A DNA stretch of 62,366 nucleotides, the filler included. It is 4 parts of 4 records of this genome, joined end to end, with 100 filler letters (N's around TTAATTAATTAA, not from the genome) between each part and the next. Parts side by side here need not be neighbours in the genome. Positions count along the whole stretch, not along the records: positions 36,923 to 57,175 come from SRR22947725_3627; 3 more parts are not named here. The stretch is one strand, 5' to 3'. Within the stretch, counting starts at the first letter, position 1. Each line of letters starts with the position of its first letter. Of the stretch, positions 38,999 through 48,505 are shown in pieces. The translations under genes were made by a program, and so were the position numbers. The notes beneath the pieces were generated by a model that saw only the letters and a program-made list of their open reading frames with translations, did no database searches and was not told the DNA's origin.

Positions 38999-41179
38999 AT
39001 GCTTTCCTTTTTTTTTAAACCGTTCAAAAAGTTTCGTACCCCCACCCTTCTTCAAGTTGAGCACACTGAATGCGGTGTCGTTGCTCTTGCGATGGTTTTT
39101 GGCTACTTTAAAAAATGGTTTTCAATTGAGTATCTGAGGGATGCATGCGGAGTATCAAGGGACGGGAGTAACGCCTTGAACCTTTTGAAATTCGCGAGAG
39201 AGGTAGGCTTTGATTCCCATGGCTACAGCTTGGAATTGGAAGAATTAAAGCAAATGACATCCTTCCCCATGATCATTCATTGGAAATTTAATCATTTCAT
39301 TGTGATAGAGAAAATAAGAGGTAAGAAGTTTTGGGTCAATGACCCGGCAACCGGACGTCAGGTTTTACACGAAAGAGAAGTCGATGAATCATTTACCGGC
39401 GTGGCACTTACTTTTCAACCCAATGACTCCTTCACGCCATCTGGACCTCCTCCCAGTTGGACAAAATCTCTTTTAAGCTATGCCTCTGAAATAAAAGGCG
39501 GCTTATTGATATCGATGGCATTGGGTCTCGCCTTAGTTGTACCCGGGGCACTAATGCCAATCTTATCCATTGTTTTTATTGATTATGTGCTGGTCCAAGG
39601 CTTCAGCGATTGGCTCCCCATTTTAATTGGAAGTATAGCAGTGTTAGCCATCCTCCAATTTTTACTTAATTTTCTTCAGCAAACCATAACACTCGTTTTC
39701 CAAACTAGGTTATCCATTGCACTAAACAGTCGCTTGCTGAAAAAAGCGATGGGATTACCCCTTTCTTTCTTCTCTCAACGATCCGCTAGTGAAATCGCAG
39801 GCAGGTCTCAACTTGTAGATAATTTAGCGGGCCTAATTACTGGACCACTTGGTAAATCGTTTATTGGTCTTATGACTGCTTCTGTCTACTGCTTAATCAT
39901 GTTCTTTTTCGAAGTAAATCTGACTTTTATTGTCTTGGGAATTGCTTTACTGAACTTACTTTATTTCTCGTGGCAGGTTAGGCGAGTAAGGGAACTCAAC
40001 CAAGCAGTTACTCGGGAGGCAAGTCTTAACACTGGTGAACAGTTGCAAGCACTCCAGTTAATCCCAGAAGTGAAAATCAGTGGTTTGGAGGATAACCTGT
40101 TAAAAAAACTGATCGGTAGAAAAATTAAATGGCTAAACGAGAGTAGCCGATTGACTATAAAAAGAACAATCATTGAGTCACTCCCCACTTTTCTTAATTC
40201 AGGTTCGTATGCAGTCATATTGTTTTTTGGTGGTCACAAAGTGTTAGAGGGGCAAATGAGCTTTGGGGTACTTGTTGCTTTCCAAGGCTTGATGATGCAA
40301 TTCCTTACCCCTATCCAACAAATGCTTTCTCATTTTGCTGACATTCAGGAAACGCAGGGAAACATTGATAGAATTGACGATATTTTTTCACAAACAGATG
40401 TTTCAGATAAAAGCGATACTGATGTAGGGAAAGAAAAACAGGCCCAAATCTCTTTTCCTGTACTGGAACTTAAAAATGTTACTTTTGGGTATCAAAAGCT
40501 TAAACCTCCTTTACTACAAGATTTCAATCTCAAGGTTGGCCCAGGGAAGTGGGTCGCTTTTGTGGGTGCTTCGGGTTCAGGGAAATCAACAATCGCAAGA
40601 TTGCTTTCGCGACTCTACAAACCGTGGTCAGGAAGCATTGAAATTGGCGGAATAGACATCGATAAAATTGATCCTAAAGACTTCTCCAAAATAATTGCTT
40701 TTGTGGATCAGAAAATTGTTTTATTTAATGCGTCTATTTCAGAAAATTTGTCAATGTGGAACAATTCTCTTACTTTTGAGCAACTAACCAAAGCAGCGAA
40801 AACAGCTTGCATTCACGATTGGATAGTCAACCGACCTACTGGCTATGAGCACAAAATATCAGAAGATGGTTCGAATTTGAGTGGTGGCGAAAAAGCAAGG
40901 ATCGAGATTGCAAGGGCGCTCGCGATGGAACCGTCATTGGTGGTTCTCGATGAGGCAACTGCCGGCTTAGACCCTGAAACTGAAAATATATTACTTCAAT
41001 CTATCAGGCAAAACTGTGCGGGTGGGATCATAATTAGTCACAAAATAGAGCCTATTAAACTTTGTGATGAAATTATCGTTTTTGAAGAAGGGCAAATCGT
41101 ACAGAGGGGTAGCCACCAGGAACTCGTCTCAATTAACAATGGCCTATACCGCAAGCTATTTAGCCTGGAGTCTACATGA
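38999..41179 (+). CDS. Peptidase-containing ABC transporter (C39 + TMD + NBD), NHLM/NHLP type
   Basis: RTPTLLQVEHTECG (Gln, Cys), CGVSRDGS, IHWKFNHF (His), NDPATG (Asp), FTGVAL, GASGSGKST, LSGGE and LDEAT. Confidence 0.92.
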   Translation: MLSFFFKPFKKFRTPTLLQVEHTECGVVALAMVFGYFKKWFSIEYLRDACGVSRDGSNALNLLKFAREVGFDSHGYSLELEELKQMTSFPMIIHWKFNHFIVIEKIRGKKFWVNDPATGRQVLHEREVDESFTGVALTFQPNDSFTPSGPPPSWTKSLLSYASEIKGGLLISMALGLALVVPGALMPILSIVFIDYVLVQGFSDWLPILIGSIAVLAILQFLLNFLQQTITLVFQTRLSIALNSRLLKKAMGLPLSFFSQRSASEIAGRSQLVDNLAGLITGPLGKSFIGLMTASVYCLIMFFFEVNLTFIVLGIALLNLLYFSWQVRRVRELNQAVTREASLNTGEQLQALQLIPEVKISGLEDNLLKKLIGRKIKWLNESSRLTIKRTIIESLPTFLNSGSYAVILFFGGHKVLEGQMSFGVLVAFQGLMMQFLTPIQQMLSHFADIQETQGNIDRIDDIFSQTDVSDKSDTDVGKEKQAQISFPVLELKNVTFGYQKLKPPLLQDFNLKVGPGKWVAFVGASGSGKSTIARLLSRLYKPWSGSIEIGGIDIDKIDPKDFSKIIAFVDQKIVLFNASISENLSMWNNSLTFEQLTKAAKTACIHDWIVNRPTGYEHKISEDGSNLSGGEKARIEIARALAMEPSLVVLDEATAGLDPETENILLQSIRQNCAGGIIISHKIEPIKLCDEIIVFEEGQIVQRGSHQELVSINNGLYRKLFSLEST

Positions 41180-44097
41180 CCCACGAAGAAACAAGGGCGG
41201 AACTGATTAAGAATTTCAAGAATCACCTCTTAGAAAGCCAGACTCATACCCTTGAAAATGAAAAAAAATATGTGGAATTATCTGCAGAAAGAGAAGGAGC
41301 TTATGTATGTTGGAGCATGCAAGGGGAATGGTATTTGGAGGGGGAACTTTACGATCAAAATAATATCTACAGGCAACGAAAAATAATCTTAAACCTGTTA
41401 CCTGGAGAGTTCTTAATTATACCCACCGAACTTCCAAAATCGTTACGACTATTTGCACGCTCCGACCAAGATGCAAAGTGTTACCGTGCTCCCCTCGGTA
41501 AGATGATTGAAGATATTAAAAACCCAAACTTGTTAAAACTGGTAGGGAATAAAATAACCCAGTCAATTATTGAAATAACTGAATTTGAAAAAAAACTGCT
41601 CAAAACGACGCTTAAAAAACCACAAGACATAAAAGCAGGAGTCGATTTCAAGCTAAATCCGAATCGAATGGCCGTCAATGAAGGCCAGCCATGTTGGGTA
41701 AGAAGCGATAATCTGCACTTGTTGCCGAAACCAAAACGACCCGCTTCTGATTTACCAGAAATTTGGCTCGTTCATTCAAATGCTGCAATTTTAAATGCAA
41801 CTGATCAGGTTCAACAATTAAAAAGCTTTACGAATGAGATCGTGTACAGGCAACCAAGTGTTAGCCAGCACATAAGTGAACAGATTACTTTTCAGTGGGA
41901 AGAGCTGGTATCAAGGTGGGAAGGCCATTTCCAAAAACTACAACAGTTGGATGTTCAACACAGCCTAAGAAATGACATATATTCTCAATCAATTAGAGGC
42001 CGATTACTAAACCTGCTAACTGGTAAAAAATCTTATTTACCCATCACTCCGAATCAAACTTTGCGGGCTGCGTTTCACTTAATAAATATACAGGGGTGGA
42101 TTCCAAGCATACCCAAAAAAACAGAGACAGATGACCCATTGGAACTCTTAAATAGAGTGGCTGGTAGTTCAGGTTTAATCATGAGGAAATCCGTCCTGAA
42201 GAGAGACTGGAGGAAGAAGGACTCTGGTACATTCTTAAGTTTTGGAAAAAATGAAAAGCCTTTCGTTCTATTCTTTAAGAATGGGCAGTACTATAAGTGG
42301 GATCCCGACAATGAAGAAGTCTCTCCAGTTGGAAAAAACGGGATCAATGAATTTGATCAAGTTGCGATCTATTTTTACAAACAACTGCCCAATCAGCCAC
42401 TCACACTCGCAGATTTAATTTTGTTCGAAGTACAATCCGTTCGATTTGAGATTTCAATGGTACTTCTTTTGGCCACTATCATGGGTTTGCTTGTGGCACT
42501 ACTACCAATGCTCTCGGCTTTTGTGGTAAATGTACTACTACCAAGTGGGCTTACCAAACTATTGGCATTGGTTTGTGGAGGACTGGTGTTACTTGGACTT
42601 TTCCAAACAATATTCACTTGGTTCGACACGATGGTTATGACGAGAATTAATTATCGTATGACATTAGCATCCAACGCAGCACTATGGCATCGTGTACTCA
42701 ATTTCCCATCTGGAGTGCTTGCGCAATTTGCAGCAGGAGATATTGGGATGAGAATGAACAGTCTTTTGGGGATGCAGGACTTCTTCAGAACTATTGCCCA
42801 GCGCCTCGTGACCATGTCTTTTCAAATCGTAAGTAGCTTGGGAGTAATTTTTTGGGTAAGCTTTCAACTTGGAATTGGAGTTTCAGCCTTTGGAATAATT
42901 GCATTTGCTGCAGCCATTGCTTTTACATATTGGCAAATTCGTGCTTTTATGGCGGGAGAAAAATCGCTTGGAATTGTTAATAGTTTTGTATTGGAGCTTT
43001 ATTCGGGAATCCACAAAATAAAGGCAGCAGGTGCGGAAGCAGAGTGCCTTGAACAATGGGCAGAAAGATATAGCCGACTCAGGCAGAAACTTATCGCAAG
43101 TCAAAAGGTTCGCATTCTGCACAACACATTCCAGACATCATGGGTAACCCTAACAACCGCATTGGTATACTGGATGATCGTGAGACTGTCAGAAGTAGAT
43201 TTAGAACCTGCAATGTTCATCGCCTTCCTTGGCGCGTTTGCTGTTTTCAGTACTAATCTTAGTGGTCTGTGCTCCATTGTTATTCAATCCGGAATACAAA
43301 TCCCAATGTATAAATTTATCAAGCCGTTGATTGAAAATACACCTGAGTGCAATGCGGACCTAATGGCACCGGAAAAAATCAGTGGTAATCTTAAGGCAGA
43401 TGCCATTAGTTATCATTACCCGAATCAAAATGATCCAGCCATACGGCAAATAAGTCTTTTCATTAAAAAAGGTTCTTTTGTAGTAATTTCTGGAACTTCT
43501 GGCTCGGGAAAAAGCACTTTAGGTAAATTGCTTTGTGGATTAGGTCGACCAGATCAAGGGCATGTATTCCTAGACGACTATGAACTTCACGCACTTGATC
43601 CCAAAGTACTAAAAAACAATATTGCGGTCGTTCCTCAAGATTTCAGGTTAATCGGGGGTACATTATTCGAAAACATCAAGGGAGCCTGCAATGCGACCCC
43701 TGATGAAATTATAGCTGCTGCTAAGGCTGCCTGTATTTGGAAAGATATTTCGGAACTTCCCATGAAACTTCACACACTTACCAGCTCACAGTTTAGTGCA
43801 TTTTCGGGAGGTCAGATTCAAAGAATTGCAATCGCTCGGGCATTAGTCAGAAAGCCACAGATCCTAATAATGGACGAAGCAACAAGTGCATTAGATAATC
43901 AGTTACAAGAACAGATAATATCAAATATCAAGTCTTTAAATTGTACCCTTATCTTTATTGCTCATCGATTAAGAATCGCAAAAGAAGCTGATCAAATTAT
44001 CATTTTAGATTCAGGTCAGTGTGTTGAACAAGGAAATCACAAGGAACTTTTAACTCAAGGTCGGTACTACAAGAAAATGTGGGATTCCCTGTCATGA
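41176..44097 (+). CDS. Second NHLM-type ABC transporter (no active peptidase) with a long N-terminal extension
   Basis: R..VLKRDWRKKDSG motif of the NHLM partner ABC, a TMD, GTSGSGKST, FSGGQIQR and MDEATSALDN. ATGA overlap with the upstream gene. Confidence 0.88.
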   Translation: MTHEETRAELIKNFKNHLLESQTHTLENEKKYVELSAEREGAYVCWSMQGEWYLEGELYDQNNIYRQRKIILNLLPGEFLIIPTELPKSLRLFARSDQDAKCYRAPLGKMIEDIKNPNLLKLVGNKITQSIIEITEFEKKLLKTTLKKPQDIKAGVDFKLNPNRMAVNEGQPCWVRSDNLHLLPKPKRPASDLPEIWLVHSNAAILNATDQVQQLKSFTNEIVYRQPSVSQHISEQITFQWEELVSRWEGHFQKLQQLDVQHSLRNDIYSQSIRGRLLNLLTGKKSYLPITPNQTLRAAFHLINIQGWIPSIPKKTETDDPLELLNRVAGSSGLIMRKSVLKRDWRKKDSGTFLSFGKNEKPFVLFFKNGQYYKWDPDNEEVSPVGKNGINEFDQVAIYFYKQLPNQPLTLADLILFEVQSVRFEISMVLLLATIMGLLVALLPMLSAFVVNVLLPSGLTKLLALVCGGLVLLGLFQTIFTWFDTMVMTRINYRMTLASNAALWHRVLNFPSGVLAQFAAGDIGMRMNSLLGMQDFFRTIAQRLVTMSFQIVSSLGVIFWVSFQLGIGVSAFGIIAFAAAIAFTYWQIRAFMAGEKSLGIVNSFVLELYSGIHKIKAAGAEAECLEQWAERYSRLRQKLIASQKVRILHNTFQTSWVTLTTALVYWMIVRLSEVDLEPAMFIAFLGAFAVFSTNLSGLCSIVIQSGIQIPMYKFIKPLIENTPECNADLMAPEKISGNLKADAISYHYPNQNDPAIRQISLFIKKGSFVVISGTSGSGKSTLGKLLCGLGRPDQGHVFLDDYELHALDPKVLKNNIAVVPQDFRLIGGTLFENIKGACNATPDEIIAAAKAACIWKDISELPMKLHTLTSSQFSAFSGGQIQRIAIARALVRKPQILIMDEATSALDNQLQEQIISNIKSLNCTLIFIAHRLRIAKEADQIIILDSGQCVEQGNHKELLTQGRYYKKMWDSLS

Positions 44098-45740
44098 AAA
44101 TTTTCTATTGTATTGTCTCTTTGATTTTTACTTTTAGTAAACACAGTCTGAATGCCCAGGATATTCAACAATCCCCTAGCTCTACTGCTGACTATGTTGA
44201 GATGAAAAAAAGATTACATGAGGTGGACGTACAATTGAAAGAGCTTCTTAATAAAATAGATTCGCATCAGGGGAAGAAAAGGAATGATTCCACGAAGGTT
44301 AAAGGTAAAGAAGGAAATAAAAACCATACCCACAATAAAGTTTCAGAAATAAGAACAAGTGACCCCTTGAACCAAGTCAAACGCGACTTCCAAAAAGTCG
44401 AAGCAAAGGTGAGTAAATTTATTACGAAAATGGAATCCTCCAACACTCAAAACTCAAGTGCTCATTCTCCTCTTCAAAGCTTAACCGCTCCACAATTAGA
44501 CTCAGAAAATGAGTTTCCACTTGAAAGCGAAATTTTTATTCCCAATGGAGATGGTTGGAATTTACTTATTTTAAGAGAACTCGCATTACAATACTCTCCT
44601 GATGTTCTTTTGAAAAAAGCTGAATTGCGAATGGATAAAAAAGATATTCCAATAATTAAGTTTGGAAATATGCCTACCGTAAAAGCAAGGATTTCCTTTG
44701 ACGACTACGAAAAGATTTCACAATTCGAAACTTTTTCAGAACCTGAACCTTACAGCACCTTTTCCTATGGTGTCGAAGGGAGGTGGATTTTATACAATGG
44801 ACATAAAGTAAAAAAACAAATTGATATCGCAAAAAATGAGATCAGTAGATCGGAATGGTTAGTTCACATTGAGGAACAACGTGTCTTAAAAAACTTAACG
44901 AATCTTTATTTCCAAGCCCTGTCTGCTCAAACTCAAGTCCTCTACCTTCCCAAAATAGAAGCCATATCTGAAGAAAAACTCTCTGTCTATAACAAAAAGC
45001 TCCAGTCTGGAATAGTGGATCGTATGCTCTTGAACGACAGTGTGAGAGAATTAGAGAGCATACGAGCCCAACTTCTCAACAGCATTCATTCACTTGAAAT
45101 GGCAAAAGCTGAATTGGGTTTCCTGTTAAATGTAAATCAATCTTTTTGGAGCAGATTTGAAAAATTTGTAATCCCTGAAGATATTGAACTAAAACATCAA
45201 TTCAAACCTGCAACTTCTTCTTCTGCTAATCTTGGACAAACCGGAGTGGATATAGCCAAAAGCAAATACGAAGAAATCAAAACGGGAAATTCACCACTTG
45301 TGGAATTGATTGGAAGTGCCGGACATCGAAGTAGAAATAAATTAGCGTTTAACAATCAGGGGCAAGAATTAACCCTGGGATTAAGTGTAACTCTTCCAAT
45401 CAGCGACCTCTACCTTACTAGAAAAAAACTAGATCATGCACGGGCAGAAATTAATAAATCTGAACTTGAAAAAGTTCGTTTGATTAGTAGGCAACGTAAT
45501 GAATTTAGTTCCGAACAGCTTAGATTAAAACAAACAGAGAGAAATTTAGCTTTCCAAAAAGAGATGCTTATTCTCCAGAAAGAAAAACTGGCCGATATTA
45601 TCTCTGGATCTAAAAGAGGGATATATGACAAATCGAATATTCTCATGGAGGAAGAAAAACTTCAAAAAAGGGAAATGTATGTGGAACTCACTCGCATCAA
45701 TTATATTAAACAAAAATACCAACTGGATTTAATTAACTAG
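44094..45740 (+). CDS. TolC-family outer membrane efflux protein
   Basis: Signal peptide, ALQYSPDV, W.LYNG, LYFQAL and LSVTLPI amphipathic strands with long helices. ATGA overlap with the ABC stop. Confidence 0.8.
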   Translation: MKIFYCIVSLIFTFSKHSLNAQDIQQSPSSTADYVEMKKRLHEVDVQLKELLNKIDSHQGKKRNDSTKVKGKEGNKNHTHNKVSEIRTSDPLNQVKRDFQKVEAKVSKFITKMESSNTQNSSAHSPLQSLTAPQLDSENEFPLESEIFIPNGDGWNLLILRELALQYSPDVLLKKAELRMDKKDIPIIKFGNMPTVKARISFDDYEKISQFETFSEPEPYSTFSYGVEGRWILYNGHKVKKQIDIAKNEISRSEWLVHIEEQRVLKNLTNLYFQALSAQTQVLYLPKIEAISEEKLSVYNKKLQSGIVDRMLLNDSVRELESIRAQLLNSIHSLEMAKAELGFLLNVNQSFWSRFEKFVIPEDIELKHQFKPATSSSANLGQTGVDIAKSKYEEIKTGNSPLVELIGSAGHRSRNKLAFNNQGQELTLGLSVTLPISDLYLTRKKLDHARAEINKSELEKVRLISRQRNEFSSEQLRLKQTERNLAFQKEMLILQKEKLADIISGSKRGIYDKSNILMEEEKLQKREMYVELTRINYIKQKYQLDLIN

Positions 45741-45763
45741 AAAGTTTTCAGGAGACAAAAATA

Positions 45764-46291
45764 ATGAGAAAAGTATTACATATATTAGGTGATTTTAACG
45801 ATGAGGATATCGAGTGGATTATTGACATTGGTTTCAAAAAAACGATCCACCCACAAGAATTCCTTATTCAAGCAAACCATAAGTTAAATGAAATTTATTT
45901 TGTTTTAGCTGGAAAAGTTGATATCGAACTTCCCGATGGAAGTTTATTTGGAAAAATTAAAAGTGGGGAAATTCTTGGGGAAATGTCCTTTATCGAAGAT
46001 GAACGTCCCATTGTTAATGCCAAGGTGATTGAGAAAACCGATGTAATTTCGATAACCCACGAATCAATTATTGACCGGTTCGAAGTTGCTCCCGATTTTG
46101 AGGGCAGATTTTACAAAGCAATGAGCCTATACTTATCCTCCAGGTTAAGAAGTGTGGCATCCAAAACTTCCTACAAAAATTCGGTGACTAAGTTTGGCAA
46201 AGAATTTGAGCAGGATATGAATAATGCAACACTTGAAAGAATTCAAATTGCCGGTGAAAGATTCAATCGATTACTTCACCATTTTCAATAA
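45764..46291 (+). CDS. Single-domain cyclic-nucleotide-binding protein associated with bacteriocin-type transport
   Basis: MRKVLHILGDFNDEDIEW, IYFVLAGKV, GEILGEMSF, F..RFYKAM...LS.RLR and a C-terminal A.ERF tail. AGGAG RBS. Confidence 0.85.
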   Translation: MRKVLHILGDFNDEDIEWIIDIGFKKTIHPQEFLIQANHKLNEIYFVLAGKVDIELPDGSLFGKIKSGEILGEMSFIEDERPIVNAKVIEKTDVISITHESIIDRFEVAPDFEGRFYKAMSLYLSSRLRSVASKTSYKNSVTKFGKEFEQDMNNATLERIQIAGERFNRLLHHFQ

Positions 46292-46329
46292 AACCTGGTT
46301 CGATCTCCTCTAACTGATTGATCCGTATA

Positions 46330-47853
46330 CTATTTAAGAAGTCCAAGGTTCAGTTCAGCTGATTGACTCCAATTATTGTACTGTTCAATTTCTATTGCTG
46401 TGCGAATCGCACTAAGTTCAATATCGTGGGTAGGGATCATTTCCTTGAGCTTCTGCTTGGCTTTTTCATTTTTGCTTAGCTGTGGAAAGCATTCCTGAAT
46501 GACTTCGAGGACGATATTAACACAGACAGACGCACCCGGAGATGCTCCCAAGAGTGCTGATATGCTTTTATCCTCCGTTGTTACCACTTCGGTTCCAAAG
46601 TGAACGATTCCGGCATCCCCATCTTCTTTCTTAATTGCCTGCACACGAATACCGGCATCTATCAGTTTCCAATCTTTCACCTGGGCATCCGGATAAAAAT
46701 TTCGCAGTTCATTCATCCGCGTTTTCATGCTTTGTAGGCCCTGTTGAATGAGGTAACTGACAAGGGGAATATTACTGATCCCCACCTTGATTAAAGTAAG
46801 GATGTTATGAAGCTTTATCGAACCGGGAAGATCTAAAAAGCTACCTCCACGATGAAGAAACTTGGTGGTCCATGCGGCATAGGGACCAAAGAGAAGAGTT
46901 TTCTTTCCCTCCAACCACCGACTGTCCAAATGGGGAACGGCCATCGTGGGTGCCGCACCAGGAGATAATCCGTAGACCTTGGCTTCGTGTTTTTTGACGA
47001 TTTCCGGATCGTCACAGATCAACCATTGTCCACCTATCGGAAATGCACCATACCCATTAATTTCGGGCACCCCGGCTTTTTGCAGGAGCGGAAGGGATCC
47101 TCCACCGGCTCCAATAAAGACAAACTTTGCCAGTCTTTGTCGGGTTGTTCCTGCCTTTAAATCTTGAACAGTGAGTTCCCATCCATCTGCTGAGCGATTT
47201 AAATCAGTGATCCGATTAGAGGAATGAAAAGAACAGCCCTCCTGCTCACCCAGCCAGTGAATTAATTTACGGGAAAGTTCCCCGAAATTTACATCGGTTC
47301 CGGCTTTCATTCTGGTTGCGGCAACCGGCATACCCTCTCGACCTTCCATTAAAAGAGGGGCCCATTCACGAATTTTTTCGCGATCTTCGGAATATTCCAT
47401 CTCCGAGAAAAAAGGGTGAGCCACCATTCCCTCAAAGCGGGACTTAAGAAAATCAACCTGTTTCTGTCCATAAACAAAGCTAATGTGAGGAACGGAGTTT
47501 ATGAAATCGGCGGGATTATCGATCATGCCAGTGTGCACGGCGTAGGCCCAGAATTGTTTGGTCTGTTCGAAGTGTTCGAATATTTCCACCGCTTTGGACA
47601 CCTCGACCTCTCCATCCGTTCCACGATCCGGGGTATAACTTAATTCGCATATCCCCGCATGTCCCGTTCCGGCATTATTCCAGCCATTGGAACTTTCCTG
47701 TGAAAGCTGGTCCGTTACTTCATAAAGTTCAATCTTAAGATTGGGATCAAGGCATTTCAGCAAAGCACCCAAGTTAGCTGACATGACTCCGCTCCCAATC
47801 AGGGCAACATCTATTGTTTCGAATTCTGAATCAGGACGCATAATCGAAATCAA
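46330..47853 (-). CDS. mqo: Malate:quinone oxidoreductase
   Basis: IGSGVMSA, ESSNGWNNAGTGHAG.CEL.YT, GTDVNFG, GAGG.SL.LLQK, VPHLD and LLGASPGAS. Confidence 0.95.
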   Translation of the reverse strand: MISIMRPDSEFETIDVALIGSGVMSANLGALLKCLDPNLKIELYEVTDQLSQESSNGWNNAGTGHAGICELSYTPDRGTDGEVEVSKAVEIFEHFEQTKQFWAYAVHTGMIDNPADFINSVPHISFVYGQKQVDFLKSRFEGMVAHPFFSEMEYSEDREKIREWAPLLMEGREGMPVAATRMKAGTDVNFGELSRKLIHWLGEQEGCSFHSSNRITDLNRSADGWELTVQDLKAGTTRQRLAKFVFIGAGGGSLPLLQKAGVPEINGYGAFPIGGQWLICDDPEIVKKHEAKVYGLSPGAAPTMAVPHLDSRWLEGKKTLLFGPYAAWTTKFLHRGGSFLDLPGSIKLHNILTLIKVGISNIPLVSYLIQQGLQSMKTRMNELRNFYPDAQVKDWKLIDAGIRVQAIKKEDGDAGIVHFGTEVVTTEDKSISALLGASPGASVCVNIVLEVIQECFPQLSKNEKAKQKLKEMIPTHDIELSAIRTAIEIEQYNNWSQSAELNLGLLK

Positions 47854-48489
47854 TTAGGATTGTGTCCCAAACATCCGATCTCCGGCATCACCGAGTCCGG
47901 GAACAATATATCCGTGTTCATTCAGTTTTTCATCAAGGGATGCGGTAAAAATTGGTACATCGGGATGGGCTTCTTTCATCCGGGCCACTCCTTCGGGAGC
48001 AGCAAGCAGACAAAGTAAACGGATTTCACTAGCTCCTTCTTTTTTTAATCGATCAATCGCAGCAACAGATGAATTACCGGTTGCAAGCATTGGGTCCACT
48101 GCAATGACAAGCCGGTTTTCCAATTCAGCCGGAACCTTACAATAGTACTCGACCGGCTCAAGTGTTTCCTCATCCCGATACATTCCCACAAAACCAACAC
48201 GGGCCGCGGGAATGACTTCAAGAATACCATCAAGCAGGCCATTCCCCGCCCGAAGGATTGAAATAAGGGCGAGTTTCTTTCCAGCCAAAATAGGCGAACG
48301 GGTCCGGCAAACCGGAGTGTCAATTGTAACCTCAACCAGGGGAAGGTCATCAGTGACTCCATAAGCAAGCAGCATCGAGGTCTCCCACAATAACTGACGA
48401 AAGGTCGAACTGGGAGTCTCCTTTTTGCGCATCAGGGTGAGTTTATGCTGAACCAATGGATGGTTTAAAACGGTAAGATGTGAGGTCAT
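47854..48489 (-). CDS. upp: Uracil phosphoribosyltransferase
   Basis: [23 protein letters not shown] and [12 protein letters not shown]. Confidence 0.97.
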   Translation of the reverse strand: MTSHLTVLNHPLVQHKLTLMRKKETPSSTFRQLLWETSMLLAYGVTDDLPLVEVTIDTPVCRTRSPILAGKKLALISILRAGNGLLDGILEVIPAARVGFVGMYRDEETLEPVEYYCKVPAELENRLVIAVDPMLATGNSSVAAIDRLKKEGASEIRLLCLLAAPEGVARMKEAHPDVPIFTASLDEKLNEHGYIVPGLGDAGDRMFGTQS

Positions 48490-48505
48490 TGGAATAAAAT
48501 TTGTT

